Positions 1 to 8,534 of a stretch of 37,124 nucleotides of DNA are shown in pieces. The stretch comes from Seison nebaliae (lineage: Eukaryota), in contig JALJEE010003218.1 in the NCBI GenBank assembly GCA_023231475.1, positions 1 to 37,124 on the forward strand, in the 5' to 3' direction. Under the pieces are notes generated by a model that did not search any database, had not been told where the DNA came from, and was given only the letters and a program-made list of their open reading frames with translations. Position numbers and translations under genes: made by a program. Every line of letters begins with the position of its first letter. Positions within the stretch are counted from its first letter, which is position 1.

Positions 1-250
1 ATATATATTTCGAACTTTTCGACTTTTTCTCGACGAACATTTTTTCTCGGTGTCGTACCATCTACATATATTTTGACCATCTCTCTCATCTCTCTCTCTC
101 TACATTACATTTCTCTTTCATATCGCAACGTTAATCACAACAAACCGAACGATGTAATGTCTCTAAGTAAAATCAGTTATTAATTCAGTTCTGATTTCCT
201 ACGTCAACGATCCGTTCTTTTTGAAGTTACCTATTCTGTAGAACGCTAAT

Positions 251-386
251 AAATGGGTGACGATTTCACCGTTTAGCAAAAAATACGCAAAATTTAACGT
301 GAAATTTTTTTCATGGCTGACGAAATTACCGATATACTCTAAAATTATAGGGTGACAAAGCATACCGATAAAACATTACCGATATC
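251..386. repeat. Degenerate array of a GGGTGACGAAATTACCG-like motif (probable transposon subterminal repeat)
   Basis: Copies gggtgacgatttcaccg (255), ggctgacgaaattaccg (315), gggtgacaaagcataccg (350) and partial cattaccga (374). A related inverted copy lies at 32856-32945. Confidence 0.55.
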
Positions 387-437
387 AGCACTTCAGTTGT
401 TCTAGGGATAACATTGACGTGTATTTGTTATCCAATG

Positions 438-880
438 TTAATCCAATCCCTGTTTCAATGTTAATCGATAACTGTTGATTCTACTTCTCATATCGTTCTG
501 CAAAGAAAGTTGAAGTCGAATTGGCACAGCTAAATTGTCGGTTCGATGTAGACTGATAGATTGGCAGAATAAAAACATTTTTAACAATTCTTTTTGCCCA
601 ATCTTACGAAGAAACATTTTATACTGAAATGAGAATCCTCCAAACGAAGTCGCGATAAATCGAGAAATGGTAATTTCATCTCGTTCATACATTTCTTCCA
701 TCATTTCTAAATTCATATTGGCCACTACATCTCCAATAATGACCACTTAAGTTCAAAAGGTTGTGGTTCTCTTTCTTTAATATGGTAAAATAAGTCTTTA
801 TTGTGGAAGGAAGATATTGATGAACTCGTACACTTCATTCTCCACTTTACATTGGTAGACACTTTGATTTGATTCATTTT
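438..880 (-). pseudogene. Possible decayed coding fragment of unknown identity
   Basis: 102-codon GTG-start ORF (438-746). The same frame upstream has several stops, and another frame is open for ~50 codons. No motif recognised. Confidence 0.2.
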
Positions 881-1206
881 CTGCAAATAAGTTTAAACTT
901 TTTGAGTTTTTTTGGGCAGTAGTTTGAATCATCTCCTTCAAAAAAAATCCTCTTTTTTAAATTGAATTGGAAAAAAGTTCTTTTTTTTATGAATCTTCCA
1001 AATGTGATTTGCCAATTTTTTTAATCTACTCTCAAACTTCATAATTGTAAGTCAAATTTATAAACTACTTTAATAAAAATTAAATCAGATGTTATCAAAT
1101 CTACATTAGATCTAATAAATTTATTTTTTTACAAATTCAAAAAACTCTTAATAATAATTATTATTATTATTCATTTAAAATTCACGTCAGGATAAAGAAG
1201 AAAAAG

Positions 1207-1484
1207 GATTGTAGGAAAATTACTGGTCCTGGTTTTTTCTATAAGAAATAATTAACGTATACGATTGATTTTACTATGTTTATAAAGAGCTTCAAATTCT
1301 CTACAGATGGTGATTTTAACTTTAACAATATTCTAAAAATATTATAAAAATTTGGATTTTTCTAACATGATAACACTGTAAGTATGATTTACCAATTTTA
1401 AGAAAAATTGGAATTTATTGCTGAATTAATGGTACTTATATTGGTTCAATTAATTGCAAAATTTTTTTATGATTATACCACATC
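1207..1484 (+). repeat. Left terminal inverted repeat (~278 bp)
   Basis: gattgtaggaaaatt...gattataccacatc is the reverse complement, with small indels, of 2587-2879. Confidence 0.92.
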
Positions 1485-1644
1485 ATTGTGGTGCTTTTAA
1501 AAAAAAATTATGCAAAACAAACAATTTTAAAAATATCAAAAAACAATCTCACGACAACTTACTTTTTTTTTTTGAAAAATGACAAATAGTAATTATCAAA
1601 AAGGGACAAAAAAATATGGTGGAAAAAAGTTCGAGACAAAATCT

Positions 1645-2524
1645 TTACGGTTCAAATTCTCGACAAAACTCGACAACTTGTTCCAATAATTTCAATGATG
1701 GCGATGAAGGTATTGCAGTATAATCTTGGGATAACTTGATTATTACGAACTGTTTTTTAATATCTTCAAAAAATAAGAAAATATCCGAATTCTTCTTCTC
1801 AAATGTAGGAGCAAATCCGTTATGATTTGCTTCACAAAAATTATTTGTTAGTGGCAAATTGCTGATGAGTCGTTCATAATTGGACCAAATCTTTACATTG
1901 TATCACGCCGCATTTTCTGATCTGACATACGTTTTCCCAAAATATGTATATAACGGCTTTAATTTCTCTGGACATAATAGAATTGCGGTATTCTGAATAA
2001 ATTTTTGTACACATCTGTAGTTCTTTTCGATAATATTGCATAAAATAGAGTCCCTGATGCGGTGATAAATAAATTTACCTATCTTCGTCTTCATTTCCGC
2101 TATCGAATTGTACAATATTTTTTCCATTCATCATCTTAATCTCGGTTGGTATCTTTCGTCGCCGGAATCTTCACCTTTGCTTTGTAATTTCTCAACGTCC
2201 TCTTAATAACCTTCATGGCAGGCAACTCTGCACACACTTTGTTTGAACTATTTTTGGCGGCTTCGCTGATTGCCTCCGAAACTTCATATTTTTCCTCCAT
2301 TACTAATCTTTTCATTTTTCCATTTAACCTCTTACTCTCAAATATATCTCCACTGACTTTGCACTCGTTTTTATGACGGCTCTCTTTGCATTAACCTTAC
2401 ATAAGTCTTTACTTAACAAAACTATTGCAGTACAACTTTTCTTCTTCACATTCACGTATTCCATTCTTACAACTTTTGGATTTTTATTATAATTAACTTT
2501 TAAAATAATAAAGATACTTCCCAT
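1645..2524 (-). pseudogene. MULE transposase pseudogene (frameshifts, stops, catalytic core deleted)
   Basis: Fragments ELPAMKVIKRTLRNYK and NGKNIVQFDSGNEDEDR match the pre-core motifs. YTYFGKTYV...WSNYERLISNLPLTNNFCEANHNGF...IFLFFEDIKKQ matches the MULE C-terminal YF..TY / W..Y / P.TNN..E..H signature. No DGTF/DFE/CxFH core is present. Confidence 0.75.
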
Positions 2525-2586
2525 AATAAAGATGATTTTTTCCTTTTACATTTTCTATCCATTTCAAAATAGGCATTGCAGAAGGA

Positions 2587-2879
2587 GATGTGGTATAATC
2601 ATAAAAAAATTTTGGAATTAATTGAACCAATATAAGTACCATTAATTCAGCTATCAACTCCAATTTTTCTTAAAATTGATAAATCATACTTACATATAGA
2701 TTAGAAAAATCCAAATTTTTAAAATATTTTTAGAATATTATTAAAGTTAAAATCACTATCTTGAAGCTCTTTCTAAACATAGGAAAATCAATCTTATACG
2801 TTAAGTATTTCTTATAGAAAAAACGATTTTTGTGAAAAAATGAATGGACTTAAAAACTACCAGGAATTTTCCTACAATC
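2587..2879 (-). repeat. Right terminal inverted repeat (~293 bp)
   Basis: gatgtggtataatc...aattttcctacaatc; reverse complement of 1207-1484. Confidence 0.92.
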
Positions 2880-3232
2880 TTGATGAAGTGGATGACAAAT
2901 TATAAGAGACGATGAACTGTTTGAAATCACTGAGGGAAATATTAGACGACAGACCATAATATCTTATGGTGTATGAAATAATTGAGTAAGCGGGAAATGG
3001 GTAAATTTCGGCAGGAGGAGAAGTAGATAGATTGGATAATAATAAATTGTTGAGACTTTGAAGAATTGAAGAGAACAAATTTGTAAGAAATTGGGGGTAA
3101 TAGATTATCGATTACGAGAGTCCACACATTAGTTGTTTAACCTCTTATAAAGAAATGACGAAGGAACGACTATATTCCAGAATAATTAGAATTAGATGAA
3201 TCAAGAAAGCATTAGAAGATGAGTTAATATGA
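2880..3232 (+). pseudogene. Possible decayed coding sequence next to the transposon
   Basis: One frame reads protein-like (DEVDDKL*ETMNCLKSLREILDDRP*YLMVYEIIE*...) for ~115 codons, with scattered in-frame stops. Confidence 0.3.
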
Positions 3233-3372
3233 AATTAAATTGTGTTGATTAATTTATAATCGATTGAACATTCTACTAATATCGATATTTAAATGTTATA
3301 TAAAATTATCTTTAATCTCTCTCGCATTTATTCAATTTGACACAATTTCCAATTTCTTTCAAATACCGAATA

Positions 3373-4086
3373 ATGAAAAATTGTTTATTAATCGTTTCTG
3401 TCATCGATCTCCTCCTCATCCAATGGATAGACGCACATTGTCAACTGAATTTAATTAGACGATCCGAATGGAATGCTAAATCACCAAAATCAGTAAAACG
3501 CAGAAATTCGATGGTACAAAACGTCTTCATCGAGAAGTGTGGCAAGTGTTGTTGTATGACAAAAATGAAGTGCTTATCTAAAATCGGCTCGTTACAAATG
3601 ATCGACATGAACAGTCGATTAGCGGACGACATTCGATACAATTTCATTTTGGGAAATGAAAATCGAATTTACGAGGGACGAGGATGGAATGCACAAGGAC
3701 AATACGGTTATGAACATATTAGAAATGTGACGAATAAGAATTCTATCGGATTTTGTATCATGGGAAATATGGATGACGTCACTAAATCGGTGATGGTGAA
3801 TATTAACGATCTGATACATTGTGCCATTGATAAAAAAGTTTTATCACCGAATTTCGGTTTCTGGACCTTTTCTCAACAACTTGATAAATTTATATTGAAT
3901 ATGAAACAACAACCGTCACGGACAAAGTTTTCTGATGAACTTCACAAATATTCTTCACTTTTTCCTAATATGGATGATAATGGGAAACCATTCCATAGTT
4001 CGCCTGTCGACGAAAATTATATGGGAGACTTAATGGACGATCTCAAAGAAGACAAACAACACAAATATATTAACTATTATTATTAA
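3373..4086 (+). CDS. Secreted peptidoglycan recognition protein (PGRP/Amidase_2 fold), predicted non-catalytic, 237 aa, intronless
   Basis: First ATG at 3373 followed by a hydrophobic signal-like segment. PGRP motifs IRRSEWNA, C-x5-C, DIRYNFILG, IYEGRGW, NKNSIGFCIMGN. The Zn ligands His/His/Cys are not present. Confidence 0.88.
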   Translation: MKNCLLIVSVIDLLLIQWIDAHCQLNLIRRSEWNAKSPKSVKRRNSMVQNVFIEKCGKCCCMTKMKCLSKIGSLQMIDMNSRLADDIRYNFILGNENRIYEGRGWNAQGQYGYEHIRNVTNKNSIGFCIMGNMDDVTKSVMVNINDLIHCAIDKKVLSPNFGFWTFSQQLDKFILNMKQQPSRTKFSDELHKYSSLFPNMDDNGKPFHSSPVDENYMGDLMDDLKEDKQHKYINYYY

Positions 4087-4668
4087 CCAACTTGTCCGTA
4101 TACTAAAACGGAATTATAATGTGAAAAATAAAAATTCCTTCTGCTATTTCTCAAAAGTTCATGTTAATTTTTCAAAAAAAAATTATGAAACTATTTCTAA
4201 CCTTAATATAATTGTTGAAGAATATCATCTAATATCGAAACAAATTCTTCCTATCTCAAAATATTATTAACAGAAGTATCGTGAGACGAATAGAAGAAAA
4301 AAAATAAAAATATCATTAAATTAATACAAAATAGGAAGTTGTAATTTCTTTTTTAGCGTTTACATATGACACAAAACGTTTTTGTTGGATTATTCGCAAG
4401 ATGTTTATTTTATATGGGAAGGGTAGATAATTAGATTGGGAAATGCAAATATATATAATGTACAATTCATAATAATTATTAGTGAATTATTAAAACTTTA
4501 TAAAAAAAATGCAAAATTAAAAACAAATGTAAAAACGAATCACACCTTCAAGAGACTATTTATTATATAAATCGTATAACAATTAGAAAGATTTGAAATA
4601 ATTTTTATAATTTTATTTTAGATTCAGTTTTAACAGGTTAAACAATTTCATAATTTAGTTTTTAGATA

Positions 4669-5450
4669 ATGGAAGTGAAAATAGAGAAAGGAATTAAGGA
4701 AAGAAACGGGAAGCAATCGAATAACAATGAAACGCGTTTTTGCAATCCCTTTTCCCAAGTGAGAATACTTGTTATAGCGTTTGAGTCGCTAACTGTGCTG
4801 CTTCTCATCTTTACAATGTTTGTGACGTCAGCACATGTTGGTTAGTTGAATTGCTGATACGATTTAATAAAAATGGTCGTTGATTACAATCAACATGTAG
4901 AAGATGCGCGAAATCGAATATCGATCCAAGTCAGATCGACTTGTATTGCAGTGGTGGCATTGACATTGGTATGTTTAATTGTGGAGATCGTTACACAAAT
5001 TCTTAGTCAACATGACTTCTTTGGGAAATTGAGGAAATCAATAATTTATCAAACAGCCTTTTTATTCATCTCAATTGGTACAGGTTCCCAAATTATTTAA
5101 GTTCCTTCAAATTCCAATTATTTTCCCGATTAGCCGCAATTCTGATACGTTCCGTCGTTATCTCATACGATGAATATACGATCATGTATTTAGGAAAGCA
5201 TGGAAATAAGAAAACTTGCAATTATTCCTATTTATCTACATTACAATTATTGACAGCTTGTTGTATCAGTCATTTATTTGCTGTCCTACTCGCACTAATG
5301 GATGTAATGACGATGCTTATAAAAAATCGAAAGAAACGTGAAACTGTCATGATGGACGATCTTGGAATAATATCTGAAATGAATACACCACATAGGACAA
5401 ATCATACTGTTTTGTTTACAGCACAAGACGAGAGAATGAATATGGTATAA
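4669..5450 (+). CDS. Four-transmembrane protein (claudin/MARVEL-like topology), ~223 aa; exons 4669-4840, 4901-5083, 5134-5450
   Basis: Two short phase-1 GT-AG introns (4841-4900; 5084-5133, alternative donor 5078) join three ORFs in frame. Four hydrophobic segments and a basic KNRKKR after TM4. AATAAA at ~5474. Confidence 0.7.
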
Positions 5451-5549
5451 GACATTTTTATACTATTTTTATTAATAAAACATATAACACTAATAATATT
5501 ATTAGGTAGTTTTCAATAAATTAGTTCTAATAAATACACTGTCTTTAAA

Positions 5550-7621
5550 TCATTTTTTCCGTTTCTTTTTCGTTTTGTGAGTCTCTGATGAATTTCCGCC
5601 TTTTTTACCGTTCGTGGTTGAGGAAATGTTTGAAGTTGGGAAATTGATACTATCATCACTGACGTTTCTGAAAAAAATTATTTTTTCTTTTCACAATTCC
5701 AATATTTAACATGATATAATCGAGAAGTTCATCTCCACATTCCTGATAATCTTTTACGAACATCTCCAATTCCTTCTGATTGAGATTGAGATCGATGTTC
5801 TAAATAGAATAGTTAGTTAGAAATAATTAATTCAGATATTAGAATTTGGAAGAGCAAAATTAAAACTTTCATTAATGGAAATAAATTATTGGATGACAAC
5901 GAACATAATTGAGAGAGACTCAAAGGACGATTCTTTATCTTTAATCTTTCGTTCGCCGTAAATATTCCGTTCTGATCAATTTCTTGATCGGAAATTAATT
6001 TTCCTAAAAGATTCTTCTTTCTTATCGTTTCATATAATTGATTCGCTTTCAAAGGATGTGAAATCAAATATGATTCAATATATTTCCCGACGAGTTCATA
6101 AATATTTCCCGATCCTACCACGAACGGTTGATCGATTTGTCTCTGCTGATTATTCGTTCGAATTTCCAAATTAGGATTAGTGAATTTCATATGAATTTTT
6201 AATAATCGAAATGAATCATCAACTGATACATTCTGATGACCATGATGATAATAGAAATTAATTGAAAAGAATAAAAATATGAAACACTCAAATCGATTAA
6301 TGTTAAAATCGATAATTTGTTGTTCATTATTCCTTTGCATATCGATTCGCAATTTGCAGACGAAAATTTATTGTGAGCAAACTAAGAAAATTATTGAAAT
6401 TGAATGATCAGGAAGAAAAGAACTTTGACGGTTTTTAAAGCTTCGTTCACTGAGAATAACTTCACCAATAATGGATAGCAATCGAAATCAATATTGTTAT
6501 TTCTGAAGAATTTATAATATTCAGATAGACTAAAATGGAAAATTAACGATAGATCGATAATCTCTAATGTGGAATTTTCAATAAAACATTTCGAAAGATT
6601 CTTCAGAATTGATTGAGTGAAACCATTCCATTTCAAGTCGATTTCTCTCAACGCGATGTTCTCCTAACGAGACTTAATGAGAAGATGGAATTCCATTAAT
6701 AACTAACTCTCAATCCATCAATGATTGACACACATTTCTTGGAAGTGAAAATGTTCCAGCTTAAATTGAGGAATTTTAACGAAGTATTCTCTCCAATGGC
6801 TGGTCCAATTTTCAAGGCAGTTTGTTCACTTAAACCATTATTGCTCAAATCTAACCATTCTAATGTTAAGGTGGACTAATGTGAAATAGAGAATGATTAT
6901 TTGTATGAAGGAGACATTTAAACTTCAATAATTCTACTCAAATTATCGAAACAATTATCATTCAATTGATTTCCAGATAAATTGAGATGAGTCAATGTAT
7001 GATTATTCTTCAAGGAGGTAACTAATGTGGCGATGGATTGAATAGCGAGATTGTTATTCGATAAGTTCTATAGATTCCAGTTGGTTATTTAGAATTATTA
7101 TGAAGAAAGTTAAACCAATTCAGTTAATGTGCTATTTGATGATAACATCGACATGATATAACATCCACCCACATCTGTTATATTGTTATCAGAAATGTCT
7201 AATTTTATTATATTTTCGTTGATCTGTAAAAGAAGGAATTGAAGACGATGGAGAAACAATGAGAGAAGGAAGAAACGGCTAGAGAATCAGCGAGAGCTTT
7301 ACTCTCTCTATTACACAATCCATGATGAGTCATCGATAAGAATCGGTCGTTCATATGACGTAAATAATAAGATGTTGGAATACTTTCAATTCGTCGACAT
7401 TCCTTCATATATTGTTCTCGATCTCCGTCATCGTCTGTGGAGGATTTATTTGAATTCGTCAATGAAAACTTTCAATTAGAGAGTGAACCATAAGCATCGG
7501 ATGTTATATCAACATCAGTATCATAATTACATTTCTCTTCATCATGTTTGTCGGTTTTGTGAAACATTAAATTAAAGAGATTAGATCGGTCATCGATATT
7601 GTCATTATTTTCCGATTCCAT
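5550..7621 (-). CDS. LRRC74-like leucine-rich repeat protein (RI-like LRRs, degenerate EF-hand-like C-terminus), ~524 aa, 11 exons
   Basis: Introns 7435-7488, 7224-7276, 7068-7115, 6876-6923, 6664-6707, 6503-6547, 6382-6423, 6233-6285, 5800-5866 and 5668-5710 give one continuous frame. N-terminal YDTD...YMKECRRIESIPTSYYLRHM...LSMTHHGL resembles LRRC74. Repeated NxTLxxLxLSxN LRRs. Confidence 0.8.
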
Positions 7622-7976
7622 TAGAGGAGTTGTTGAAGGAAGGAAAGAAGGAACAGAAGGTAAGAATGGGAAAGTTTTCTTTCTCTCAAGTATTATACGG
7701 TGACTTCCTTATTCAGTTTTATGATTAGCAGATTGGGGCAGAAAATGTCAGGGAAGAAGTCTCCTAAACATTCTTTATTTGAAAATAGTTGCCAATGTTT
7801 AGTGTTGTCGAGAAGGAATGTTTACTCTGTTCCCTTCTCTTCTCATTTGGAGAATGTTTTGTAGCTAGTTAGCTTGCTTTGCATTAATATGGAAGTTCCT
7901 ATTCATTTTCTTCATTAATAATACGAACCGATTCTTTGTTGTTCGATTCGAAGGAAAATCCACATTGGATTACTAA

Positions 7977-7998
7977 AGGAAGGAAGGAAGGAAGGAAG
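7977..7998 (+). repeat. (GGAA)n microsatellite
   Basis: aggaaggaaggaaggaaggaag, in the divergent intergenic region between the LRR gene and PRP6. Confidence 0.8.
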
Positions 7999-8534
7999 TT
8001 GGATCATTCGACCCGTTGTCAATAGTGCTACTTATTCCAGTTATTAGATGGGAGGGAGAACATATCCATTCGATTAATTAAACAGTTGGAATGAATGTCA
8101 GGTTGAAATTAAATAAAACTCAAATGTTTCTTTTTGACATATTTCACTCGGTTTCTCCTCTGGCTGTTTATACACAAAATTTTAAATTTCCTCATTCAAG
8201 CCAATGAACACGAATTTCCGAACGACATCAATTAACATATGATGTTACTCCGTCAAATATGAACGAGTCATTACCAATTCAAATATCACACCACTCAAAT
8301 AATGTCGAATGTTAACAATCCCATGTGAAACGTTCAATGAAAGTAAAGTCATGATCAAATTCTCCCACAGTTGTATAGTATTACCTGGAGCATATATGTA
8401 TTACCATAACTTAATAAGCGTTTCCATGACATTAATGAAAAATAGCATATGAATTTAAAGAATGAGAATAATTTATCTCAATTTCAAATTTTTCGCTTAT
8501 ATAATTTTCGATTTTTTTTTCCGGATTTTTCAAA

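Larger units (their letters stand above)
1207..2879 (-). mobile_element. Mutator-like (MULE, FLYWCH/Phantom-type) DNA transposon, internally deleted, non-autonomous
   Basis: Long imperfect terminal inverted repeats at 1207-1484 and 2587-2879 flank broken minus-strand ORFs with MULE transposase motifs. Confidence 0.85.

Noticed and set aside
2880..3232. Stop-codon reassignment suggested by in-frame TAA/TGA
   Set aside because: The conserved genes here have no internal stops and end in TAA or TGA, and the USP-like ORF ends in TAG, so the standard code holds.
8378..8410. attacctgg resembles the U1 snRNA 5' end (ACTTACCTGG)
   Set aside because: No stem-loop I GATCA loop, no ATTGCAC loop and no Sm site follow.
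8420..8433. gtttccatgacatt as an RFX X-box for the LRR gene
   Set aside because: The second half-site lacks AAC, and the site is ~800 bp from the LRR start.
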